DNA from: Dehalococcoidales bacterium
GTDB taxonomy: Bacteria > Chloroflexota > Dehalococcoidia > Dehalococcoidales > GCA-2688105
Assembly: GCA_002688105.1 (NCBI GenBank)
Contig: NZBQ01000044.1
Location: forward strand, 719-64,718
DNA length: 64,000 nt
Reading direction: 5' to 3'
A model generated the notes under the pieces. It was not told the origin of the DNA, made no database searches, and was given only the letters and a program-made list of their open reading frames with translations. The position numbers were made by a program, and so were the translations under genes. Of the stretch, positions 8,450-15,832 are shown in pieces; within the stretch, counting starts at the first letter, position 1; each line of letters begins with the position of its first letter.

Positions 8450-9642
8450 CGTTCTTCTCTCAGGGCGGAATAGGATTCCATATATTCTTCCATAGCTTTG
8501 CTAAACTTCTTCAGGTTCATCTTCCTCAGTGGAGCACTAACGTGCGGCTTTGGTGGCCGCTCTCTAGGCTTTATTATGCCCTGCTGTCGGAGCTCGCCCA
8601 GAATCATCTGCTTGGTCTCCACTTCACACAGCGGGGAATGATAGATAGCCCCGAGACCCGGCAATAGCATCCCCTCTAGATGCTGCCCACCTTTCTCCTC
8701 ATGGAGGTGAGGATTCCTAGTCTCTATCTGGAATATCTCAACGCCGTCCTTGGCTGCATTCGGGTGAGCCATAGGCAAAACACCCCCAAACCCCTCAAAG
8801 ATAGACACCAGCTCCTGGGGTTCCACAGCGTAGCTTGAAGCGTACGGGAGTATCTCGGCCAGCTTCAGACTCATGGCATGCTCCCCGGCATTACCCGTCT
8901 TAATAATCTCGGTTTCAAATCCAGTCTTGCTTGAAATCAGGGAATTCATGCACCTGTTGGTTATCTCAGATACCCGACCCCATTTCCTGAAATACATCCC
9001 TACAGAAATCTTAGGCTTATAGCGCCAGAGAATCCTGACCATGGCATAGGAAGACTTGGCCATACTGAAACCGGAGGCGAAACATCGCACATACTCCCAT
9101 ACTGCGCCAGGGAAATAGTTGTCAGCATCTACAAATCCTACGTACTCCTTTTTCGCAAGCATGGCCATTAGCATTGCTGCCACCATGCCCTCAGCCTTGC
9201 CATCCCCTATAAGCTCATCTTCACCCAAGAGGTCAGTGTAACCGGATTCAAGCAAGGATTGGGCCAAAGCAGGGTCTTTTTGATGGAAAATCATAGCTTC
9301 CCGGCGGGTAAAATGACAGTACTGGTTCAGTGTATCCCTCTCCATCCTGAACCTGTCTATCCCCTTTTTCTGGCTATTGGAAACCACTATTATTAGGCAA
9401 TCGTGAGGCACTCCACTGACTACACCCTCGAAGAGTTTCAATTTCTCATCTTTGATTGGGATGACAATAGCCATTTTCTCCTCGAAGCTTTTTAGAATAT
9501 CTTCATCTATCTTTTGTACAGCTATATTCTCGTGTGGCAGCAGCTCCTTAGCTCTGCCGGAGTCCAGCTCCAGCACCTGCTGTACATCATTAATTCTGAC
9601 TGAGCCAAAACGCTCAGTGTATCTGGGGCTTTCTATTCTCAT
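8446..9642 (-). CDS. mpgS: mannosyl-3-phosphoglycerate synthase (GT55)
   Basis: 398 aa. Blocks IPIKDEKLKLFEGV, IIVVSNS, GKAEGM, YVGFVDADNYFPGAV, WGRVSEITN, GNAGEHAM and EIFQIETRNPHLHEEKG match the archaeal (Pyrococcus-type) MPGS as I recall it. Confidence 0.9.
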   Translation of the reverse strand: MRIESPRYTERFGSVRINDVQQVLELDSGRAKELLPHENIAVQKIDEDILKSFEEKMAIVIPIKDEKLKLFEGVVSGVPHDCLIIVVSNSQKKGIDRFRMERDTLNQYCHFTRREAMIFHQKDPALAQSLLESGYTDLLGEDELIGDGKAEGMVAAMLMAMLAKKEYVGFVDADNYFPGAVWEYVRCFASGFSMAKSSYAMVRILWRYKPKISVGMYFRKWGRVSEITNRCMNSLISSKTGFETEIIKTGNAGEHAMSLKLAEILPYASSYAVEPQELVSIFEGFGGVLPMAHPNAAKDGVEIFQIETRNPHLHEEKGGQHLEGMLLPGLGAIYHSPLCEVETKQMILGELRQQGIIKPRERPPKPHVSAPLRKMNLKKFSKAMEEYMESYSALREER

Positions 9643-9704
9643 TTAACCCCCTTTACATCCTCTGGGAATTTTCTTGAAAGAAGTGGAATCATTTGATTTG
9701 AGCG

Positions 9705-9824
9705 TTAGCACAGTTTTCTTGACAATGCTGAACTACTCAGAGGATATAACCAGGCAGAGCCCGCGAGGATATTAGCAGTCAATGAAACTACTACCAGCAA
9801 TATTGCAAAACTAAGTCTGCTCAT
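9705..9824 (-). CDS. possible 39-codon hydrophobic or signal-peptide-like small ORF; first cistron of the mpg operon
   Basis: MSRLSFAILLVVVSLTANILAGSAWLYPLSSSALSRKLC. Lies about 44 nt downstream of a near-consensus promoter and 62 nt upstream of mpgS. The SD is weak. Confidence 0.2.
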   Translation of the reverse strand: MSRLSFAILLVVVSLTANILAGSAWLYPLSSSALSRKLC

Positions 9825-9874
9825 GGTCCACTTTCACTTACCTGTGCTGGCTAGTAAGAACAAGAAGTAAAGGG

Positions 9875-9903
9875 ACTATATACCAATTAACGAGAATTGT
9901 CAA
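9875..9903 (-). promoter_or_regulatory. sigma70-type promoter of the mannosylglycerate operon
   Basis: On the minus strand: -35 TTGACA (plus-strand coordinates 9898-9903), 17-nt spacer, -10 TATAGT (9875-9880). Confidence 0.5.
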
Positions 9904-9937
9904 CAGATAATAAATAACAAAGGAACCATTGTTTCAG

Positions 9938-9966
9938 GTGGAGTTCGACCCTCCCCCGTCTCCCTG
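9938..9966 (+). other. tRNA/tmRNA 3'-end-like fragment (T-arm plus acceptor strand; no 5' half, no CCA)
   Basis: ggag-ttcgacc-ctcc followed by cccgtctccc. No complementary 5' acceptor strand within 100 nt upstream. Not identical to the tRNA-Ala 3' end. Confidence 0.25.
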
Positions 9967-9995
9967 TTTAAAAGGTACTAAACCTATTATAGGTG

Positions 9996-10024
9996 TTGCG
10001 TTTTTGGGATAAAAATAATAAAAT
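9996..10024 (+). promoter_or_regulatory. sigma70-type promoter, divergent from the mpg operon promoter
   Basis: -35 TTGCGT (9996-10001), 17-nt spacer, -10 TAAAAT (10019-10024). Confidence 0.4.
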
Positions 10025-10029
10025 CATGG

Positions 10030-10178
10030 TGTCGGTTGACCTAGTGTCTTCACACTATGGACGCAACCGACACAAAGTTGTAGCTAGGTGGGTGGTCAAG
10101 AAAGAGTTAGTCTCTCCCTAAATCCCCGCTGAGTATTGAGTGGAAGGTGAAGTTCAAGTCATCTTCCACTCTTTTTAT
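10030..10178 (+). ncRNA. candidate ~150-nt structured small RNA (alternatively encodes a 31-aa basic peptide, 10026-10121)
   Basis: Bounded by the 9996-10024 promoter and an intrinsic-terminator-like hairpin with a U tract. A 5' 10-bp perfect stem (10029-10038 with 10064-10073) encloses a nested tagtgt/acacta hairpin. No ORF of 60 aa or more. Confidence 0.3.
10139..10178 (+). terminator. intrinsic-terminator-like hairpin
   Basis: Stem agtggaag (10139-10146) pairs with cttccact (10163-10170), extendable by tga/tca. Followed by CTTTTTAT. A second hairpin, tggacatc/gatgtcca, lies at 10181-10203. Confidence 0.4.
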
Positions 10179-10265
10179 GGTGGACATCTTACTCAGATGT
10201 CCATGCGGAATGTAGTTACTACAAGTGAGAGGGAGGTAGTGCTGACGGAAGACTAAGGTAACATT

Positions 10266-10287
10266 TCGTCACTTTGTTCAATAAAGG
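10266..10287. repeat. left arm of a second inverted repeat (partner at 10565-10585)
   Basis: tcgtcactttgttcaataaagg versus the reverse complement of ccttattgaacaaagtgacga. There is a 19-nt perfect core plus one 1-nt indel. Confidence 0.7.
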
Positions 10288-10495
10288 AACCTTTATCCGA
10301 AATTATTGGGGGCAGGTCAGCTGGACCCTATTTAACGATAGCCTCAATATAAATGTGTCCAACTCCAATATCAGCAACAGCTTCATTCTTCACTGCCACA
10401 TAGAACGTATTGGCTGATCTGTTGTTGTTTAGGATGTCAGTAATACTGAAACTAAGTGTTACCGCGATCAACAAGGCTGCGGATCGTAACTATGG

Positions 10496-10539
10496 CCTGC
10501 CCCCACAAAGGATACCACTTATAGAGCTAGAGTTACCGG
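10496..10539. repeat. right copy of the 44-bp inverted repeat (partner at 4308-4351)
   Basis: cctgcccccacaaaggataccacttatagagctagagttaccgg. The three mismatches to the partner fall in two codons (CTA/TTG Leu, CCG/CCA Pro) of the frame reading LPPQRIPLIELELP. Confidence 0.85.
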
Positions 10540-10564
10540 CATTGCACAATTGCTTATTTTGTTA

Positions 10565-10585
10565 CCTTATTGAACAAAGTGACGA
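10565..10585. repeat. right arm of the second inverted repeat
   Basis: See 10266-10287. Additionally, gcattgcacaa (10539-10549) is inverted with ttgtgcaatgc (10588-10598). Confidence 0.7.
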
Positions 10586-10694
10586 TTTGTGCAATGCTAT
10601 TCACGGGCCTCACCAAGGGTCGGGTAAGACCTTTGGTTGAATTTTCTTGGATTGTGGGTCAGCTTTAGTGTTCGCAAATCACATCTTTTTAGAC

Positions 10695-11402
10695 TTACAA
10701 TCCTAAATAAGCCTTTTTAACCAATTTACTGTTCAGAAGTTTATCAGCCGTGCCACTTACCACTATACTGCCAGTTTCCAAAACAAAACCCCTATCGGCT
10801 AGCTCTAACGCTAGGTGAGCATTCTGCTCAACAAGCAGTATAGCTATGCCTTCCTCTTTGCGCAAGTCACGTATTACCTGAGCCATATCTTCCATGATAA
10901 GTGGAGCTAAGCCCAACGATGGTTCGTCTAAGAGAAGCAACTTTGGGTTCGCCATTAATGCCCGCCCAATAGCCAGCATCTGCTGTTCACCACCGCTCAG
11001 CGTACCTGCTAATTGATTCATTCGTTGACCCAACACCTCAAAATAGCTGCAAACCCTCTGTATGTTTTGCTTATTCCATCCGGTGTCTTTAGATAGGCAG
11101 GCACCCAACTCAAGGTTCTCTAGCACTGTCATCTTAGGGAAGAGATGCCTTCCCTCAGGTACCTGAACAATACCAAGGCTAACGATATTATGGGATGGTA
11201 ATTTATCTATTCTTATCCCCTCCCACTCAACAACCCCTGAGGTAGGTTTCTTTATACCGGAGATAGTCATCAGGAGTGTTGATTTGCCCGCTCCGTTACT
11301 CCCAATAAGTGTCACTAACTCACCATCTTTAACCTCTAGTGATACGTCTTTTAAGGCATGAACACGCCCGTAGTGTACATTTAAATTGTTGATTTTAAGC
11401 AT
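10695..11402 (-). CDS. livF: branched-chain amino acid ABC transporter ATP-binding protein
   Basis: 235 aa. Walker A GSNGAGKST, signature LSGGEQQ, Walker B LLLLDEPS. Confidence 0.9.
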   Translation of the reverse strand: MLKINNLNVHYGRVHALKDVSLEVKDGELVTLIGSNGAGKSTLLMTISGIKKPTSGVVEWEGIRIDKLPSHNIVSLGIVQVPEGRHLFPKMTVLENLELGACLSKDTGWNKQNIQRVCSYFEVLGQRMNQLAGTLSGGEQQMLAIGRALMANPKLLLLDEPSLGLAPLIMEDMAQVIRDLRKEEGIAILLVEQNAHLALELADRGFVLETGSIVVSGTADKLLNSKLVKKAYLGL

Positions 11403-12165
11403 GCTTCCACCCGCTTCCCAAATAGGCTGCTATAACCTCCTTGTTCTTAGATACATCTTCTGGAGTGCCTTCTGCAATCTTAACCCCAGAGCTAAGAACC
11501 CCGATCCGATTACACATCCCCATGATTACCTGCATATGATGTTCGACAATTATGACGGAGGTCCCCATTTCCCGTATTGACTGGATTAGATTGATTACTT
11601 TTGCCGTCTCTATGGCATTCATCCCGGTAGCTGGCTCATCCAACAATATTAATTGGGGTTCCTCGGCTAAGGTTATAGCTATTTCCAGTATTCGCTGCTC
11701 TCCATGAGGCAAGTTTTTAGCAAGTACATCTGCTCTTTCTTCCAGCCCTATAAAGGTCAGCAGCTCCATGGCCTTCTGTTCTAGCCCCTTTTGCTCTTCC
11801 TTATAACTGATTGTGTTAAAAAATGACCCGGCAATGCTACCACTGGTTTTAAGGTGCCTACCAGCGATAATATTCTCCTTGATGGTTAGATGAGGGAATA
11901 AACTGTTCTGCTGGAAGGTTCTCGCTATTCCTCTTTGGGATATCTGGTGCGGCTTCAACTTACTAATCACTTCTCCTTTATATAGCACCTGCCCTGTTGT
12001 CGGCGGTAAAAAGCCGGTAACGAGGTTAAAAAATGTTGTCTTCCCTGAACCATTGGGACCGATGAGACCGTATATGTCACCCTGGTCAATACCGATATCC
12101 ACCTTATCAACCGCCCTCAGTCCTCCAAAGTGTTTTGATAGCCTTTTTGCCTCAAGAATTACCAT
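11395..12165 (-). CDS. livG: branched-chain amino acid ABC transporter ATP-binding protein
   Basis: 256 aa. Walker A GPNGSGKTT, Walker B LILLDEPA. Overlaps livF by 8 nt. Confidence 0.9.
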   Translation of the reverse strand: MVILEAKRLSKHFGGLRAVDKVDIGIDQGDIYGLIGPNGSGKTTFFNLVTGFLPPTTGQVLYKGEVISKLKPHQISQRGIARTFQQNSLFPHLTIKENIIAGRHLKTSGSIAGSFFNTISYKEEQKGLEQKAMELLTFIGLEERADVLAKNLPHGEQRILEIAITLAEEPQLILLDEPATGMNAIETAKVINLIQSIREMGTSVIIVEHHMQVIMGMCNRIGVLSSGVKIAEGTPEDVSKNKEVIAAYLGSGWKHA

Positions 12166-12201
12166 AGCTACTTGCCTCCAAAGAAGACTTCCTGTGCCTC
12201 G

Positions 12202-13236
12202 TTACTTACTTATTTCTCCTTCTATTCCTTTGCGCTCCTGACGCCGTAGAATGAAGCGGTCCCACAGTGACACCAAACTGGGATATATGCCCTGCGGCAG
12301 AAAAATAATAACCACAACCAGAGCTGCCCCGAAAAGCAACAGGCGAAGCTCCTCAGCTATACGAAAAACCTCGGGCACGAAAACGAAAATAAACGCACCA
12401 ATTACCGGACCCAGCAGGGTACCGGTGCCTCCTATAATCACCATAATGACTGCTGACCAGAGGAAAGTTATGCCAAGTGCGGTAGGGGTAATATAACGCA
12501 GGTAATAACTATAAGCAAAACCGGCTAAACCAGCCAGTGTCGCCGCTATGGTGAATGCCATAAGGTAGTATTTAAAGGCATCGACTCCCAGAGCACTAGC
12601 TCGCTCTTCGTTTTCACGGAGTGCCACCAGAGCTCTACCGAATCGAGACTTTGTTAACCGGCTTATAAAATAGATGGTAAATACCAATAAAACCAGCGCA
12701 AAATAGTAAAACGAAAACGGCGAGCTTAATTCTAATGTAGGCAGGCCAGGAAGAGTAAGCTCAAAAGGCGGAATCCCCCTAACTCCGCTTACCCCACCGG
12801 TAAAATGCCTTTCATTTATGGTAGCCATCCATATCAGCATGGCAAAACCCAAGGTAACTAAACCCAGATACACCCCTCTCATTTGCAGGGAAACATAGCC
12901 AATAACATATCCGGCGATGGCGCAAACAAGAAGACTGGCGGGCAGTGTAGCCCATACTGGCCACGCCAGGCTAAGGGGAAGGGCACTTCTCCCTGCGGAG
13001 GCTTCGCCTAGCGAAAGTAGACCAATGGTGTAACCTCCCAGGCCAAAGAAAGCCTGGTGTCCAAAGGAAAAAAGCCCCATATAGCCAACAATAATATTGT
13101 AACTCAGAGCATATATAGCTAAGATAAGAGTTAGCGTCAGCAGGTGTTGTACATAAACATCCCTGCCAAGAGGCAACGCAGCAGCAATGGCGGTGAGCAC
13201 GATATAGGTCATCAAGTGTTTATTATATTTTTTCAC
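12202..13236 (-). CDS. livM: branched-chain amino acid ABC transporter permease
   Basis: 344-aa polytopic membrane protein in the liv gene order. Confidence 0.85.
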   Translation of the reverse strand: MKKYNKHLMTYIVLTAIAAALPLGRDVYVQHLLTLTLILAIYALSYNIIVGYMGLFSFGHQAFFGLGGYTIGLLSLGEASAGRSALPLSLAWPVWATLPASLLVCAIAGYVIGYVSLQMRGVYLGLVTLGFAMLIWMATINERHFTGGVSGVRGIPPFELTLPGLPTLELSSPFSFYYFALVLLVFTIYFISRLTKSRFGRALVALRENEERASALGVDAFKYYLMAFTIAATLAGLAGFAYSYYLRYITPTALGITFLWSAVIMVIIGGTGTLLGPVIGAFIFVFVPEVFRIAEELRLLLFGAALVVVIIFLPQGIYPSLVSLWDRFILRRQERKGIEGEISK

Positions 13237-13239
13237 TGC

Positions 13240-14106
13240 CTACCTTCTAAACAGCCCTTCAGGTTTGAACAGCAACACGAGTATCATAACCCCGTAACCT
13301 ACCGCTTCCCGGTACTGAACGGCTACATACTGCCCGAAGATTGCTTCTACTAAACCCAGGAGTAACCCAACTATGATAGCCCCTCTAAAATTGCCCATCC
13401 CGGCTACGATAGTGACAATGAATCCTTTTAAGATAACCAGCGGACCCATATACGGATTTGAAGTCCAGATTGGTGCCATCAGTATCCCTGATACCACCGC
13501 CAGAACCGAGGCTAGCCCAAATCCAATGGCATACACCCTCATCAGGTTTATTCCCACCAGCCTGGCACTAACTGCGTCCTGGGCCGCGGCCTGAAGCTGC
13601 TTACCCAACAGACTTTTTGACATCCACTGCATTAATAGCCACAATACTGCCCCTCCGATGACAAAAAGCACTATTCTGTCCCCGGCGATAGCGATACCAC
13701 CCGGGCGAACCACCAAGCTAAAGGGAGTGGTTACATTGATGGGAAATGCACCCCAAACAACCGTGGCTAAATTCGCCAGGAATATGCTCAGCCCGAGAGT
13801 CGCCAGGAAGGTGGCTAGTACGAAGCTAGGCTTACCATATATTGGCTGAACCACCAACCGATTACTTAAAATACCGATTATAACCCCAACAGCCAGAGCA
13901 ATGACTGCGGCTACAACAAGGTTAACTCCCTGGATTGCTACCAGCCAGCTGAATATCATGGCGCCCATCATGTAGAACTCACCGTGGGCGACATTTATTA
14001 TACCCAGAATACCAAAAATTACTACCAAGCCTATGGCGAACAGCGCATAAGCCATGCCGTTTGATAGTCCATAAAAGACCTGCTGAGCAAATAGTGCCCA
14101 ATCCAT
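13240..14106 (-). CDS. livH: branched-chain amino acid ABC transporter permease
   Basis: 288-aa polytopic membrane protein. N-terminus MDWALFAQQVFYGLSNG is typical of LivH. Confidence 0.85.
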   Translation of the reverse strand: MDWALFAQQVFYGLSNGMAYALFAIGLVVIFGILGIINVAHGEFYMMGAMIFSWLVAIQGVNLVVAAVIALAVGVIIGILSNRLVVQPIYGKPSFVLATFLATLGLSIFLANLATVVWGAFPINVTTPFSLVVRPGGIAIAGDRIVLFVIGGAVLWLLMQWMSKSLLGKQLQAAAQDAVSARLVGINLMRVYAIGFGLASVLAVVSGILMAPIWTSNPYMGPLVILKGFIVTIVAGMGNFRGAIIVGLLLGLVEAIFGQYVAVQYREAVGYGVMILVLLFKPEGLFRR

Positions 14107-14275
14107 AGTGCTTACTTACTATCCTCTCTCTGTAGAACTCCCCCTCATTAGGGTTGCTTTGCTACTCGAATTACCTTGTTATATCGCCCTATGCTTCTAC
14201 CGAGAATAACTATCTTCTGAGCCTCTAAGCCACCTGTGGTGCCGGTTTAATCCATAAAACACCTGCACCAAACTT

Positions 14276-14308
14276 CTGGGGGTGAGAAGATATACCTCTC
14301 GCCCCCAG
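14276..14308 (-). promoter_or_regulatory. intercistronic 12-bp-stem hairpin between the binding-protein and permease genes
   Basis: ctgggggtgaga / agatatacc / tctcgcccccag, with one G-U position. Lies in the 263-nt gap downstream of livK. Could be a partial terminator or an mRNA stabiliser that sets binding-protein excess. Confidence 0.4.
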
Positions 14309-14369
14309 AGTTCTAATGGCACTCAGAAACTCAATTTCAGATGAGTCCCTGTCAAGCTACATAAGTCTA

Positions 14370-15626
14370 TTATTCACCCGGGAATTTGGCACCTACATCC
14401 GTAGTTCCCGGCGGCAGGACTTTCCCATATATGTCGGGCGGTGCGGGGCCGGCTGGTATGGTACCTATTTTAACAAACTTGCCGCCCTGTATTTGAGCTA
14501 AAATGACATTCTTATACACTATTGCCCCGTTCTCCGTCCATTGAACCGGATCCCCTTGCAGGTTCCTCCAGGATGCCGCCTTTATACCGGCATCAATCGC
14601 TGCCAAATCCCCTTTCCCGGTAACGCCAGCTGCTTCCATACCATAAACTAGCGCGTGAAACGCCATCCAGGCATTACTGGTCCAGTAATGGGGTGCCGGC
14701 AGACCTGTCTTTGCAGCATATGCTTCCCTGAAGTCAGTCATTACCGGATTGTCATCGTAGACAAAAGCAGTCATTGACGGAATAATGACACCTTCAGCGG
14801 CATCCACAACCTGTACGATTGTCTCTTCAGTTGGTATATCAAAGAGCTTCGCATATAGTGGGACACCGAGCTCTTGCATTCCCATCATCTCCCGCGGTAT
14901 CTCGGAGTTAAAGAAGTTGACGCCTAGGAATAAGTCGGCATCGTAAGCTGCCCCCTTGGCCAGTTGTGGCAGAAAATCGGGGGTGCCCACCGGATAGGTA
15001 ATGAGAGGGAATAGCTCAATACCATACTGCTCCGCAAATGGGACGAATACTTCCGAGTAACTGTCAACAATGAAGGTGGTGTCTGGGGCAGCCACTACCA
15101 TTGACGTGACACCCTTTTCCACCCAGTACGTGAAGTATCCGGAAACCAGCTGGTCCATTACAAAGCCTATTCTGAAAGCGCCAACATCTGCTGCCTCGGG
15201 CCAGCCCGGGGGATTTCCGCCAAATTCAACATAAGGAACCTGCGCTTGGTGCATTATATCTTCAGCCGCCCAGATGAGCGCAGTATCCTCCAGGCCTATA
15301 ATGGCATCCACCTTATCGTCGAAAATCAGCTTATTTACGGCAGTAACCGCATTTTCAGTAACGTAGCCATGGTCGCGGACTACGCCTTCAACCATTCTAC
15401 CGCCCAGAATACCCCCCGCGTTGTTGATTCTCTCCACGGCGATGGCCAAGGCTTGTGCCTCCAGAAGTCCATCATACGAGAATGGTCCAGTTGTCGCAAG
15501 CGCAAAGCCTATCTTTACTGGTTCTTTCCCTTTCTCCACTGCCTCCTGGGGTTGACATCCTATCGTTGGAACTAGTATTGAAATGGCTAGCACTACCGCT
15601 ACAAGTACATATATTCTCTTCCTCAT
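14370..15626 (-). CDS. livK: branched-chain amino acid ABC transporter substrate-binding lipoprotein
   Basis: 418 aa. Signal peptide with a lipobox-like VPTIGC. Type-I periplasmic binding fold family by context. SD taaggagg. Confidence 0.85.
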   Translation of the reverse strand: MRKRIYVLVAVVLAISILVPTIGCQPQEAVEKGKEPVKIGFALATTGPFSYDGLLEAQALAIAVERINNAGGILGGRMVEGVVRDHGYVTENAVTAVNKLIFDDKVDAIIGLEDTALIWAAEDIMHQAQVPYVEFGGNPPGWPEAADVGAFRIGFVMDQLVSGYFTYWVEKGVTSMVVAAPDTTFIVDSYSEVFVPFAEQYGIELFPLITYPVGTPDFLPQLAKGAAYDADLFLGVNFFNSEIPREMMGMQELGVPLYAKLFDIPTEETIVQVVDAAEGVIIPSMTAFVYDDNPVMTDFREAYAAKTGLPAPHYWTSNAWMAFHALVYGMEAAGVTGKGDLAAIDAGIKAASWRNLQGDPVQWTENGAIVYKNVILAQIQGGKFVKIGTIPAGPAPPDIYGKVLPPGTTDVGAKFPGE

Positions 15627-15796
15627 TCCAACTGTCCTCCTTACTATCTTTTTGGTAACTTAACGAATGACTTGTTATACTCTCTGATGTCTTCTTTATG
15701 CTATATATCATCACCCCCTTTGAACTGTTTTATATTCTTCAGTTAATTCCTGCCCGTATGTTACCTATATGTTGACTTTTTGTTCTTGGTAACATA

Positions 15797-15825
15797 AGAT
15801 TATCATCCCCTTTTTGCCTTGTCAA
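15797..15825 (-). promoter_or_regulatory. sigma70-type promoter of the liv operon
   Basis: Minus strand: -35 TTGACA (15820-15825), 17-nt spacer, -10 TAATCT (15797-15802). Leaves a ~165-nt leader beginning with the hairpin atgttacc..ggtaacat. Confidence 0.45.
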
Positions 15826-15832
15826 TACACAA

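Noticed and set aside
9650-9970. Possible full tmRNA or tRNA gene around the T-arm-like fragment.
   Set aside because: There is no 5' acceptor strand, no tag-peptide reading frame ending in a hydrophobic Ala-rich tail, and no CCA. Only the fragment is reported, at low confidence.
15472-15714. 80-codon ORF starting behind an aaggggg SD-like run in the liv leader and overlapping the livK start out of frame.
   Set aside because: The sequence is Ser/Glu-rich and non-protein-like, and it overlaps the livK signal peptide. It is probably spurious, though a short uORF cannot be excluded.
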